The notes under the pieces were generated by a model that had not been told where the DNA came from, made no database searches, and saw only the letters and a list, made by a program, of their open reading frames with translations. A stretch of 63,036 bases of DNA, counting the filler, from Chrysochromulina tobinii (lineage: Eukaryota), in NCBI GenBank assembly GCA_001275005.1. It is 12 parts of 12 records of this genome, joined end to end, with 100 filler letters (N's around TTAATTAATTAA, not from the genome) between each part and the next. Parts side by side here need not be neighbours in the genome. Positions count along the whole stretch, not along the records: positions 14,911 to 23,378 come from JWZX01000035.1; positions 23,479 to 25,394 come from JWZX01000036.1; positions 25,495 to 27,383 come from JWZX01000037.1; positions 27,484 to 41,118 come from JWZX01000038.1; 8 more parts are not named here. One strand, written 5' to 3'. The stretch's first letter is position 1. Each line of letters begins with the position of its first letter. Below are positions 22,853 to 34,969 of this stretch, piece by piece. Made by a program: the position numbers and the translations under genes.

Positions 22853-24180
22853 GCCTCTGCGAGGCTTTCGGTCTGTTCTCAGGCCATTTACTCTCCTGGT
22901 TTCCATGCGAGATGTTCCATGCATGTCGCCGCTGCTGGGTGATTGAGTCTTTGAGTGCAGCAGGTGAGGGACGAGTAATCTTGGGCGAGTCACATGAAGC
23001 GCGAAGATGATCGGATGAGTACATCTTGGGGAATACCGGTCCATCCGGTCTGGTCTCTTGAGTTCCGCTGTCAAGATGCCGCTGTCTACTGTCATGTGTG
23101 CTGGAGAGTGTGCTGATGCTCTCTTGCTGAGATGTGTGCTTGTGCTTGTGTTGAGTCTCGGGATGGGCTAGGAGATGTCGGTTGGTAATCAAGCACACAT
23201 GCACGTTAGATTGGGGGAATTCCACGAAGGTCTTTAAGGCGCCGTCCGGTGAGCTCTTTTTGAACTTTTACATTGGCGCAGACCTCGTTCGGCGTCGTTA
23301 TGCTGGGCCAGTAAAGCGTACGTTTAATAGCTCGTGGTTAGTCATACCGCTCCACCTGTAAGGCGTCGTTATGCTGGGNNNNNNNNNNNNNNNNNNNNNN
23401 NNNNNNNNNNNNNNNNNNNNNNTTAATTAATTAANNNNNNNNNNNNNNNNNNNNNNNNNNNNNNNNNNNNNNNNNNNNGCGGACGAGCGCGCTTGCTCAG
23501 GCCATCATCACTTGGCGCGGGGTGCTATGAGCGGGCTCCGCATTTCTTCTTTTTTGGTCGACGAAGGTTGGTCGTCACTTGTTTTGTGTCGTACAGGGTT
23601 AGCGAAACCACCTATGGAACGCGTTCCATAGGTGGTTTCGCCTTTTGAAAGGATGACGTGGCTGATTGCCCTTCTCATCATGTGGTTTTAATGGGTGGCT
23701 GTGTCGGTAACCTCCGATCTGTACCATGCATTGCGCACTGCATTGTAGTGTTCGCACAGAGACGAGAGAGCATGACAGACTGTGAGACAGTACAGAGATC
23801 ACAAAACAGTTCCCATCACAAACGCACGTACAGTCGACGTGTTCCCTGACTCTCATCACCGACGGCTCCGTTTTGACGGTTTCATTGATACATGTGCACG
23901 TCGTCTGACACGACGTCTTCCGCCTCGATCGAGTCCGCGTTGGCCGCTGAGGAGCCGATAGAATCCCGGCTGTGTGCGCCCCATAATCGCTATCGCGATG
24001 GCGCACCCCCGCCTGGCATCTTTTCGAGGCATCTTTTGGCTCTTCGCCATTGGCGAGCCGTTGTCGGCGACAAGCATTGCGCGATCAGGACCAGCATTTT
24101 TGCGCCGCCCGTGCGATCCGATCGCTTCGCGGTGAGAAATCACAACTTAAATCATGGTGCCATCAAGCCAACAATGGCGT

Positions 24181-25394
24181 TCAGCCTCTGATTTGCACGC
24201 AGCTGTTTCGTAGCGGGCGGTCGGCGCGCGTGGCTAGCGAGCGAGGCGCTGTGGCCGGTGGCCGCCACTCAGCAGCCCCCTCGGTGAGCAATCACGAGGT
24301 AATCATGATGCAATCACAATCAGGTTGATGAGCCATCAGGGGCATTCGGCCTCTGATTCGCTCGTAGCGGGTGGTCGGCGCGCGTGGCGCGCGAGCGAGG
24401 CGCTGGCTGCCTCTTGGGCAGCTCCCTCGGTGAGCAATCACGATGTGATCATGAAGCAATCATGATCAGGTTGATGATCCATCAGGGGCACTCAGCCTCT
24501 GATTCGCTCGTAGCTGGCGGTCGTCGCGCGTGGCGCGCGAGCGAAGCGCAGGCCGCCTCTCGGCAGCCCCCTCGGTGAGCAATCACGAGGTAATCATGAT
24601 GTAATCATGATGCAATCATGATCAGGTTGATGAGCCATCAGGGGCATTCAGCCTCTGATGCGCTCGTAGCTGGCGGTCGTCGCGCGTGGCGCGCGAGCGA
24701 AGCACAGGCTGCCTCTCGGCAGCTCCCTCGGTGAGCAATCACGAGGTAATCATGATGCAATCACGATCAGGTTGATGAGCCATCAGGGGCACTCAGCCTC
24801 TGATGCGCTCGTAGCTGGCGGTCGGCGCGGATGGCGCGCGAGCGAGGCGCTGGCCGCCTCTCGGCAGCCCCCCCCGGTGAGCAGTCATGACGTGATTATG
24901 AAGCAATCACGATCAGGTTGATGAGTCATCATAAGAGCCATCACTGGCACTCAGCCTCTGATGCACTCGTAGCTGGCGGTCGGGCGTGCTTATGGCGCTC
25001 GCGTGAGCGAGGCTTGGTGCTCTCTCGGCAGCTCTTCGCGGTGAGAATCCGGTGTAATCATGATGCCGTCATGATCAGGTTGATGAGCCATCGCTGGCAC
25101 TCAGCCCCTGGTTCGCTTGTGAGCAGTCGGTCGGCACGCGTGGCGCGCGAGTGAAAGAGATGGAGTGAAGCGCTGTGGCGGCCTCTCTCGGCAGCCCCCT
25201 CGGTGAGCAATCACGATGTAATCGTGATGCAATCATGATCAGGTTGACGATGTGATGTTCATGATACAATCATGATCAGGTTGATGAGCTATCGTTTGCA
25301 GCCCCCGCGGCCTCCGCGATGCGCTCGTAGCAGGCGGTCGGGCCGTCTCTCGACGGCCCCCTCGGTGAGCAATCACGATGTAATCGTGATGCAA
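24181..25394. repeat. Satellite-like tandem array, about 8 diverged units of 145-165 bp, running off the contig end
   Basis: TCAGCCTCTG-like unit starts at about 24181, 24346, 24492, 24648, 24792, 24951 and 25101; recurring CCTCGGTGAGCAATCACGA...ATCAGGTTGATGAGCCATC. Confidence 0.95.
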
Positions 25395-27109
25395 NNNNNN
25401 NNNNNNNNNNNNNNNNNNNNNNNNNNNNNNNNNNNNNNTTAATTAATTAANNNNNNNNNNNNNNNNNNNNNNNNNNNNNNNNNNNNNNNNNNNNTCGGCT
25501 TGCGATGCCACGACGCGCTCTCCTCCGCGCTCGTCGCCTCCCTCATCGCCAGCGCCCCCAGATCGGGGTCCTCCTGCACGACCGCGCGCGCCAACTCGAG
25601 CACGCGGCGCTCGGGCGGCTCCTCGAGCGGCGCAAGGGCCGATTTCTCGACCTGGGGCTCGGCCGACACGAGCGCGTTAAGCAGGCTGGCAGCCACCTCC
25701 TTCTTGAAGTCGAGTTGGTCATGCCGATGCCGCCCGGCCGGCGATTGGTGCGAGACGTAGCGCAGGGTTGGGCCCGCAATCTGCTGGCAGGCACGTGAGT
25801 TTGGAGGAGTCAAGCTTGGGTGGCTAGCGCTGGCGCGCATCGGCATCGTGAAGGTCTGCGGCGACAGACAGCAGGCAGGGCAAGCTTCTTGAGAGGGGCG
25901 AGAGGGCGCGCGTGGCGCGCGCGGGGGGGATGGGCGGAGGGCGAGGGCGGCGTGCCTGTGCGTCGAAGAGCATGTTGCTCTGGTGGAGTTGAGTCTTTGT
26001 GTCTAGAAAGAGGTGACGTCGCCTCTTGCAAGCACTGCGGCGGAGCACTGCGGCAGAGCACTGCGGCGGCACTGCGGCGAGCGCCGCATCGGGCTGTGCG
26101 GCACTGCGTCATCACGCCTCGATGGCGCTGCGGTCGCCCGGAGCGGCACAGGCCCGTCATGGGCGCGCCCTGCCGCGTCCCGAGCGACGGCAGCGTCACC
26201 GAGCTTCTGCGAGCGCGGCTCGCATCTGGCCCGCCATCACTCTTGACCGTTCCGCAAACGCCGGTAGGTAGTCGGCCAACCATGGCACGACCCCCCACTC
26301 ATGGTGCGCAGCGTATCTCGAGCATTCCGGCAGGCCAGATGATAAAGCCCGGCTGCGTCACGAGCTTCTTCGAGCGCAGCCTCTCATGGGTCCCGCCCAT
26401 CTTCATCCCGCGACGAGTTTGGATTGATGGCAAAAAAAGACCCGGGAACTGACTTGGGTAGTGAAGTGAAGCCGTGAGTGAGAGAGTGAGTGAGTGTACG
26501 GCGGGTGCGACGTCTTGCCATCCGTCTCGCGCCTCTCTGCCCCCCACTCACAATGTACCAGACGTTCGCCTTCCGCCCTTCCCCCTCTCGCAGAACCGAC
26601 CAAACCGCCCCCGCGCGGACCCACCATGGTGTGAATTTGTGTGTGTGAAGCTTTCCGGTGGTCGTGTTGTGTGTGTATATGTGATAGTAAGTGTTGGCGT
26701 TTGTGTATTTGCTGTTCATAGTGGTGCCGTTTGTGTGATATGAAATAGGACGCGCTTTCTTTACTCCACCAGGCTTCACCATGCCCCACTTACACCCCGA
26801 TGACTCAAAACGCCTTGCTGATCTTCACCGCTGTTACTCATGCGCCTCCATGCGCCACGCCTCGATGCTCTTCCCGATCTATAACGCTCACGTCCCAGCT
26901 GACCTTGCCCTCCTCGACTCCCAAACGCCGCTCGTTACCCCCCTCTCCCGTGATGCCCCCCGAGCTCACACTGCCAGCCAGAAATTCCCTGTCTGTGTCT
27001 TCTGTAGACGGGACCTCCTGATCGGTCGCAGCGCTCCCCCCAGACCGTCCAGGTCCCAGACTGATGATTCTATCCCCGATTGGGAGCCTGAGGTAGTTGG
27101 GGTCATCAC

Positions 27110-27383
27110 CGACGGTGGCCCACTCCATGACGCACGAGCTGGCAATGCAGTTCACCCGGCCCGTCGTGGACGCCATCGTCGGCCTCGCCTGTGCACCTGT
27201 TCAGGGCGTGCAGATCGACTTCACCGATCCGATGTATAACGCGGCCAGTGCCGTCGTCAAGGCGGCCGTCTACGGCCATTGCTCGTTCGCAGAGGCATCG
27301 GCGATCTTGGCGGAACGCCTGGATGCTGCCGCCAACATCGAGGCCATCGAGAAGATCCGGGGCGCCATGGATTCGCTCAAGAC
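27110..27383 (+). mobile_element. Fragment of a DIRS/Ngaro-like gag, paralogous to ORF 41221-42756
   Basis: SMTHELAMQFTRPVVDAIVGLACAP...AVVKAAVYGHCSFAEASA.LAERLDAA...KIRGAMDSLK matches the 41.7-42.0 kb protein segment. Confidence 0.8.
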
Positions 27384-27725
27384 NNNNNNNNNNNNNNNNN
27401 NNNNNNNNNNNNNNNNNNNNNNNNNNNTTAATTAATTAANNNNNNNNNNNNNNNNNNNNNNNNNNNNNNNNNNNNNNNNNNNNCGCGCGAGAGGGAGACG
27501 ACGCTCAACTCGGGCCCAACCATGCAGTTCGTGGTCGCCCAACTTTGGTTCGTCAGCCCGGAAATTTTTATAGTTGGATTATAGTTGACCTATGGTTGGG
27601 CTGACTATAGCCCAACTTGGCCCATAGTTGGGATCGGCCCAACCGTGGGCCAACCACAGCCCAACTTGGCCCAACGGCAACCCTCGTACCACTTCGGAAC
27701 CAAGGCGACGCGTTTTTTCGAAACA

Positions 27726-28520
27726 ATGGTAATTTCGATGCGGCAACACAACGCCGCGTCTCCGATCCCAACGGGCAAATCACCGGTCCAGCGGCAGCTC
27801 AGCGGGGGGCTGCGCCGTGCCAACGCCCTGTTTTATGACGATAACACCGAAAATCTCAAGGGCGCCAACCCGCGCGGCAAGCACCCGAGCGTCCTCGTGA
27901 AGCACTGCAAGGAGCCGTTGAGCGTGGATGATATCAGCAGAGTGCAGCAGGTTTTCGCGCAGAAAGCGATTGCTTCGGCCGAGGACGGGTCCACACCCGT
28001 GCCCTTCTTCTTCTTCGACTTTGACGGCACTCTCACCATGCGGGATGGGTTGCTCAACTTGGCCATTGAACAGGATGATCTTAGCGTGCTCTTCGGTACC
28101 TTCGAGCGCCAGCGCGCGCTGCAGCGCTTGCTGAGCGCCCTCTTGCAAGCCGGCCAAGTGTACATATTGACGTCGAACATGGCGTACACGCGCGCTGCGC
28201 AGTGCCTCAACGCGCTACTGGCGACCGGCCCTGCCGCAGGCAGCCGCAGCAGCTACAGCAGAGCAGGCAGCCGGGACCTCTGCACAGGCATCAGCGCGGG
28301 CGCGAGCAGTGGAATGGCTCGCAGCAGTAGCGGCAGCAGCACCGATGGCGAGGCGGCGCGTGCATCTCATGGCGCTGAGGGTCGAACAGAGGGGCCCGAG
28401 CAACCGCAAGGCCTCCGTTTCGCAGTGGACGATACAGTGCTCTTCGTGCCCGTGGGCAATAAGCTCAAAATTCTCGAGGAAATCATTCGCGCTCGCGGCT
28501 TCGCGCTGTGCATGAAGTAA
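27726..28520 (+). CDS. HAD-superfamily phosphatase-like protein with permuted motif order
   Basis: FFFFDFDGTLT (motif I), VYILTSN (II), GNKL (III), and an N-terminal LFYDDNTENL (IV-like). Confidence 0.78.
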   Translation: MVISMRQHNAASPIPTGKSPVQRQLSGGLRRANALFYDDNTENLKGANPRGKHPSVLVKHCKEPLSVDDISRVQQVFAQKAIASAEDGSTPVPFFFFDFDGTLTMRDGLLNLAIEQDDLSVLFGTFERQRALQRLLSALLQAGQVYILTSNMAYTRAAQCLNALLATGPAAGSRSSYSRAGSRDLCTGISAGASSGMARSSSGSSTDGEAARASHGAEGRTEGPEQPQGLRFAVDDTVLFVPVGNKLKILEEIIRARGFALCMK

Positions 28521-28620
28521 AATGAGCGTCGCATCTCTTATTAAAGCGTCAGATCTCTCTTCGATGGACGCGCGGATTTCCGAATTTTTGCATGATTGAC
28601 GATTTTGACGAAATTTGACC

Positions 28621-29538
28621 ATGCTCTTCTTTCTCCTTCCGTCCCTTCCGCTTCGCTCTTCGACGCAGGCCATCCACACCGCGATCACATATTCGGCTGT
28701 TTTGCGAGTGCCCTGGGAAGACGCAAAGATACAACAGACGCTGCTGTCGACCCATCTGGAGCAGAGATACCGAGTTGCCTTGGAGGATCCGCCGGCCTCA
28801 GCCAGAGAGGAGGCTGCCTCGAATCAGTTCGAGCCCTCGGCAGCTGTAGAGGCACTCACCGCGCGGCTCCCAGAACTCGTTCCATATCCCCGCACGTTGT
28901 GGGGCGTGGACCTCAGTCTTGACACGCCACAGCGCCAGTCTCTGCTCTCGTCTTTCCTCCGTGCCCGTGAGTGGGACGTACCGGAGACGGTGTCATTTTT
29001 GAAGGAGACGCTGGCCTGGCGGCAGCGAGATGGCATCGACGAGGCCTACGATACCGATGCGCAAACGACGGACGTCGCGTTCCCTGATGATGTCATACAG
29101 GTCGTTCCCGGCGGCGATGGTTCGTCGACAGTCGTCATCATCAAGATGGGCGCGGTAAGCCTCGAGGCACTGCAGAACGTGGAGGCGTTCCTCGCCTGGC
29201 GAATCCGCATGCAAGAGCGCGCCTGCAAGGCCCTTTCTTCCCAGTGGGCCACCTGCCCGCGAGGGCCCAAGTACACCCTGGTGCTCGACTGCATGCATCT
29301 TCGCACGTACCATTTCGGGCGTGCATGCAGACGGGCGCTCTCGAAGCTGAGCCACGTGTGCACGCACTACTACCCCGACTTTGTGGGCGAGACGCTCGTG
29401 ATCAACGCCCCGGGCTTCCTTCGGGCGGCTTGGGCTGTGGTCAACCCTCTCATGCCCGCTTGGTGGGGCGTGAGGATAGGGGAGCTGAGCGACATGCAGT
29501 TGCGTGCGGTGCCTGCGGCTCAACCCGGGTGCAGCTGA
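28621..29538 (+). CDS. CRAL-TRIO/Sec14-like lipid-binding protein with a hydrophobic N-terminus
   Basis: FLRAREWDV...LAWR (CRAL-TRIO N); LVLDC...HYYPDFVGETLVINAPGFLRAAWAVVNPLM. Confidence 0.9.
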   Translation: MLFFLLPSLPLRSSTQAIHTAITYSAVLRVPWEDAKIQQTLLSTHLEQRYRVALEDPPASAREEAASNQFEPSAAVEALTARLPELVPYPRTLWGVDLSLDTPQRQSLLSSFLRAREWDVPETVSFLKETLAWRQRDGIDEAYDTDAQTTDVAFPDDVIQVVPGGDGSSTVVIIKMGAVSLEALQNVEAFLAWRIRMQERACKALSSQWATCPRGPKYTLVLDCMHLRTYHFGRACRRALSKLSHVCTHYYPDFVGETLVINAPGFLRAAWAVVNPLMPAWWGVRIGELSDMQLRAVPAAQPGCS

Positions 29539-29852
29539 GAGGCGTCAGGCCGCTTCCCGATCCAGCTTGCCGAGGCTGCGTGCTGTCAGCTGACGGTATG
29601 GCATTGGGTATGTGAGAGGTGGGCAGGCCGAGTGGGCAGCGGGCCTAGGCAGAGGGTGATTGCTGCCGGTTAGAATGAGGATTTTTTACCTATGCGGATG
29701 GTGGTTCCTCCTGAATTTATTGGTTTTTGTCAGTTGAAATTGGGAAGGCATTTGGTGAACAGATGTCACAATAATCCGCATGTTTCGCTATACAATGTAC
29801 TAATCATCCGCTATCTAATCAGCGATCCAATCAACGAACCTTACGGTATCGG

Positions 29853-30521
29853 ATGGACGCAATCGGCTCGTCGGGCGTCCTCATGCGCGCTCTCTTTCGA
29901 AAGATGACTCCATCATCGTGCATTCGTGGTTTCGGCCAGGCGCTCTTCGCACTCGGCATGCATATCGGTTGCTTCATGTGCGGAGCGGGTTTGCAGCTGC
30001 TCCGCACCACGCTCAGCGCGGCGCTGAGCCTCGCTCTGCCTGCCGGCCGCTGCGGCAGCTGGCGGATCAATTCAGATAGCCCAGAGAGCCCAGAGAGCCC
30101 AGCGAGGAAGCAGACCTTCTCCCACCTCAAGGCGATAAGTGCGGAGACCGAGGCGGTGCGTCGCGTGCGGATCGCGTGGCTCGTAGCGAAGTCGCAACAT
30201 GAGGTGCCTCTGGAGGACCAGACATGCGCCATCTGCCTCGAGCCCTTCAGCGACTCGACCAACGGGCCAGTGCTGATCCTGGATTGCCACCCGATGCACT
30301 GCTTCCATACCGGCTGCCTCGGACGCGCCTGGCACACCGCCTCGCGCCCGTCTCTGTGCCCGATGTGCCGGAGCAATTGCGAGGCGTCGCCATCCGGGCG
30401 AAAGGTCCGCGCGATGGCGATGGCGCACTTCCTGGGCCTCTCCCGAGGGTGCGCGCTGCGATCACCCTCGCCACCGCCGGAGCCTGAGGACATGTTCTGG
30501 GAGGAGCTTCGCAGGCGATGA
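29853..30521 (+). CDS. RING finger protein (putative E3 ligase)
   Basis: CAICLEPF...LDCHPMHCFHTGCL...CPMCR. Confidence 0.85.
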   Translation: MDAIGSSGVLMRALFRKMTPSSCIRGFGQALFALGMHIGCFMCGAGLQLLRTTLSAALSLALPAGRCGSWRINSDSPESPESPARKQTFSHLKAISAETEAVRRVRIAWLVAKSQHEVPLEDQTCAICLEPFSDSTNGPVLILDCHPMHCFHTGCLGRAWHTASRPSLCPMCRSNCEASPSGRKVRAMAMAHFLGLSRGCALRSPSPPPEPEDMFWEELRRR

Positions 30522-31232
30522 ACGCAGCGACTGAGCGCGCGAGCGTCCATCGCTTGCCATCATCAAGCCGTCGGAGGAGGCGACGCGCTTCTATACCCCG
30601 GGCCGAGCTGGCCGTGCTCGGCCTGGGCAGCGTGCCGATCCAGGGCGCGAAACGTCCGAGTGTATATAACCAGACCGCAGGCGAGCGGCGAGCGTGTGAG
30701 CGCGGGCCTCAGCCCCACAGCTTTGACCGCGGTCCGTACGCCGCGCTTTACACGCACGCCGCGCGCGCCGCGCGCTACGGCCTACGCGGCGCTCGCGTGG
30801 GGCGCGAATGAGCACCGTGTGTGTTCACGACTGTAACATTTTGTGTTGTACGAAAGACGGCCAATGCCAATATTAACAGCTCATCGCAGTCAAAAGATTT
30901 AACCAGATTTTACCGCGCCCCCGCATCCTATTTATATAAACGATTCGCGACTCAATCCCGCGTTTCCCGGTTCGCCAGCTCGGGCACGATCGCGCGGGCA
31001 TGCGGCTTGCGGGCCCGCTGCCGAGCAGCCGAGGACAACGACACGTACAGTAGATGCTCATACCGACAGTATCGAAAATGGGCGTCGTCAGAAGCACGAG
31101 GCCGCCATCCCAACGGCTGCCCCACTCAGAACACGAGGCCCTCCCAGCTCGCCGACGCGGGAAGCCTAAGTCATACTCTTCGGCCTTCAATTGTTGCTCT
31201 TGCGTGCTGCCGTGGCTCATAGCTGCCGTGGC

Positions 31233-33326
31233 TCATAGCTGCCGTGGCTCATAACTGCCGTGGCTCGTTCCGCCCTCGACGCCACGCCATGCTTCCGGTA
31301 GGCCTGGAACAGGGAGGCCTGGAACAGGGAGGCCTGGAACAGGGAGGCCTGGAACAGGGGAGCCGGGGACGACGTGGGCGCTCGAGACGGCGCTCCACGG
31401 CTCGGGGAGGTCGGCGTAGGCGCCCCCAGCGTCGGTGCTCGATACCGCGCCTCCGATGCCTAGGTCGAGGGCCGCGTGGGCGCTCGACACGGCGCGCGCG
31501 GACGGCGCGGCTGAGGGCGAGGAGGGCTCATAGACTTGGCATCCCATAGCCTCGAGCAGCACTTGGACCACCTCCACGTGCCCCGCCTCGCGCGCCTTGG
31601 AGAGAGCCGTCGCGCCATCGTTCAGCTTCTTGAATGGGTCCGCCCGCCCGTGCAGCAGCAGGCAGACCACCTCGGCGTGCCCCTGGTGCGCCGCCGCGAC
31701 GAGAGAGGTCGTCCCATACGCGCGCCCGGCGACCTCTGTGTCGGCCCGATGGCGGAGTAGGAGCTCCACGATGTGCTTGTGCCCTCCCTTGGAGGCCATC
31801 AAGAGCGAGGTGGTCCCGTAGACCGCGCCGGCCGCCTCCACGTTCGCGCCGCCCTCGAGGAGCAGCTCGACACAGCGCGTGTGACCCGCCTTGCTGGCCT
31901 GGCACAGAGGTGTCAGACCGTCCGCCCGCGCAGCATCCACGTGAGCCCGATGCTGGAGCAGCGCCGCGACGCACGCATCATGCCCCTTGTAGGCCGCCGC
32001 GAGTAGCGGTGTGCCTCCGTCGCGGAGAGCAGCGTCCACCTCGGCCTTGGCCGCGAGCAGCATGCGCACCTGCTCGATCAGGGGCGATGTGGTGTGAATG
32101 CTCGAACAGGGTGTGAATGCTCGATCATGATCAGGACACGCATTCTTCTCAGTGGCCATGGTCATCCAGTCAGTGGCACTCAGTGGCACTCAGTGGCGGT
32201 CGATGGCTCTCGATCGCACTCGCAGGCGTACCAGCTCATCGCGTAATCAGGCGTAATCAGGCGTAATCAGGCGTAATCAGGCGTAATCAGGCGTAATCAG
32301 GCGTACCAGCTCATCGCGGCCCGATTTGGCGGCCATGAGCAGCGCTGCAACGCCGTCGTGACAGCGCGCTCGCACGCACGCGCCCGCGGCGATCAGCGCC
32401 GCCACGACGCTCGAATGGCCCTTGTATGTGGCCGTGTGCAGCGCGGTGGTCCCGTCCTTCATGGCGACGTTCACGTCCGCTGTGGCCTCGAGCAGCGCCT
32501 CCACGGTGCGCGTGTGCCCGCGGTTCGAGGCCATGATCAGCGCCGACACCCCATCCAGCCGCCGTGCGCTCACGAGCGCGCCGTGCGTGAGCAGCCGGTG
32601 CACGGGAGCGCCGCCGTGGTAGCAGGCGACGATGAGCGCACTCGCCCCGTCTTCGAGGCTGGCCTCCGGGCTCGCGCCTCGGCGGAGCATCTCGGCGATA
32701 ACGGCCTCATACCCGTGCGACGCCCCGAAGAGCAATCCGCCCTCGGGCTGCATCGCCCTCGCCACCGCCATCACTCGATCCTCGGGCAGCCGCTCGTCGA
32801 TGTTCAGGTGGTGCAGCTGCCGGCACGCGCCCGCCTGCAGAGCGCCCGCGAGGGCCGCGGATGCCTCGGCAAGCGAGACGGACGGTGCGGCGATGGGCTT
32901 CGCGCGCCGGATGAAGAGGCGCGTCAGCCGCGGCAGCAGGGCCAGGCAGCAGCCGAGCCGGGGCAGCCAGTCGGCGACGACGCCCTCCAGCTCGAGGCAG
33001 ATGAGGCAGTTGCCAAACGGCTGAAGGAGCGGCACGCACAGCTGCTCCTTTCGATGCAGGACGATGCGCGAGACGCCACGGCCAATCTCGTACGCCCGCG
33101 CGCAAGTCGCACGGGCAGCCAGCACATCGTCGAAGCACAGATGCTCAAAGACGACGGCGATGAGCTCAGCCGGAAGCTGTTGCAGCGCGGGCGACACTGA
33201 GGCGACGCCCTCATCGTGGACGCAGGTCTCGACGTGGAGGCGCTCCTTCTCTACCGAAGGAGACGGAGGTCTGACGAACGAGGGCGCCGCCATTGAAGCG
33301 CTGAGCTCAGCGGGCTCTTCCGACAT
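31233..33326 (-). CDS. F-box plus ankyrin-repeat protein; exons 33326-32307 and 32069-31233
   Basis: LQQLPAELIAVVFEHL...ARATC F-box; many TAL/TPL..A...GH...V..LL ankyrin repeats. A GT-AG phase-0 intron (32070-32306) gives RDEL|VRMLL. Confidence 0.88.
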
Positions 33327-33925
33327 TAGTGACTCACCCGCGAAGCTTCATGCGTTGTTGCTGCTGCTGTGAAACACACACACAACGCGCGCGCGCTCTC
33401 CGGACCCCCAAGCACGGGGGCCGCAATCGCAATGGACGGAGGCGTGGCCGACACAGCCTGCTATTACACAGGCCGTTAATCGGCGGCGGGCGGGGGAAGG
33501 AGAGACCCTCCCCCCTAACGTAACCCAATAGTACCGATGGGGCCACTGTTAGCAGCGGCTGCCGCCGCGACAGCGCGCACGCGCGCGTGCCGCGGTGCCG
33601 TCTCCCCCGCGAGCAGCAGCGTGACACCGTGACTCTCCTTGCGTTGTTGCTGTGGGCTTTGCAAATACGAGTCTACCCGCACACAGCCTGGAACAGCCAC
33701 CTCTGCGCGCGGTCGCGGTCTCCTCTTGGGTCCTGCCACTGCGTTCCGATTGGCTCACCTCGAGTCGTCCCCACGGTGATTATCTCTCCTCTCGCATGCG
33801 CGTTCTCTAGGCGTTTACCCGATCGCGGGGTCTGGAGTACTTTCTACACAGCGTCGCAAGGCTGCCGTCAATCCGCCGGCGCACCCGCCGCGTGCCTTGT
33901 TTCCCGTTCTACTGCGTCGACCACT

Positions 33926-34649
33926 CTACTTGGTGTCTGCGACGCAAGATCAGTCGAGAGCGAACACAGCACGCGCTCAGAGGGTCATCGAGGAAAGCGA
34001 GGCGGCGGCGACGGAGGCGGCAAAGCCGGCAGCCCGGCGTGCGCGCGAGGCGTTCAAGCGCTGCGCGAGCGCGGCGGCGGCGGCGGCGTACAGCTCTGGA
34101 TGGTGTAGTACTTGAGCGCCGACATGCCCGCTTCCGGATAGTCCTCCATCGTCACCTTGAGCGACGTGTCCTCCCCCTTGCTCACCTCGAGCTTACCAAC
34201 GTACTTGACGCGCTCGTCGTTCTTGATGGTCCAGCCGCCGTCGGGGCCGTTGCTCGTCACCGCCTCCCGGAACGCCTGGTCCAGATCAGCTGCGGACATC
34301 TTGACTGAGGGATACACGGAAAACATCCCACCCACCACGGTCAACTTCGGTCGATCCCCGGGGGGAGGGTTGGGTTGGGGGGCGTTGGCAGTCAGGCGCG
34401 AGCGAGCACGTACAAGTGTAGATGGCACGGTACTGCGACTTGTAGAGCTCGCGGCGGTCGTTGCCCTGGGGCACCTTGAGGCCTGCGAAAGGAGAGGGCA
34501 TTGAGTCAGAGCGTATGCCCGCCGCTGGCCTGGGCCGACTAGAGTGGCTGCCGGTGGATGCCGCGGGTTGAGCGGCCCAGTGCACCGCCGGGCACGCGCG
34601 CCAAGGGCGAGTGCTACCCACCGAAGAAGGAGTTCTCGTCGCTCGCCAT
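33926..34649 (-). CDS. Small 106-aa protein of unknown function; exons 34649-34622, 34482-34414, 34304-34092, 33936-33926
   Basis: Three GT-AG phase-1 introns give a 321-nt frame MASDENSFFGLKVPQGNDRRELYKSQYRAIYTFKMSAADLDQAF...LKYYTIQSYTK*. Confidence 0.75.
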
Positions 34650-34969
34650 CTCTTTTGTCGCACAACGCCTGGCAGCGCAAAAGGTGCCCTTTCCGCGCCA
34701 CAGCGCCACGTTGAAAAGTCGGCGCGTCTTGATGGGCAGAATCTTGCTGCTTTACTGTACAGACCCATTGCAGTGATACATGTAGAAGTCACACAGAGAC
34801 ACATTCAAATTCACACACTCAATTTCCCACTGCGGTCACCTGCTTGAAAGCCACGAGGCGCGATGCGTCAATGATGATTCCTTCATCAGCAAAGTGAAGT
34901 GATCTCCTGCACATATTGTGTTCACACGTTCCATTCAACCCGACCGGTGTAATCAATCTTGGTTCTTCG

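Noticed and set aside
24181..25394. CRISPR-like array
   Set aside because: Whole units are homologous, with no unique spacers and no cas genes; eukaryotic context.
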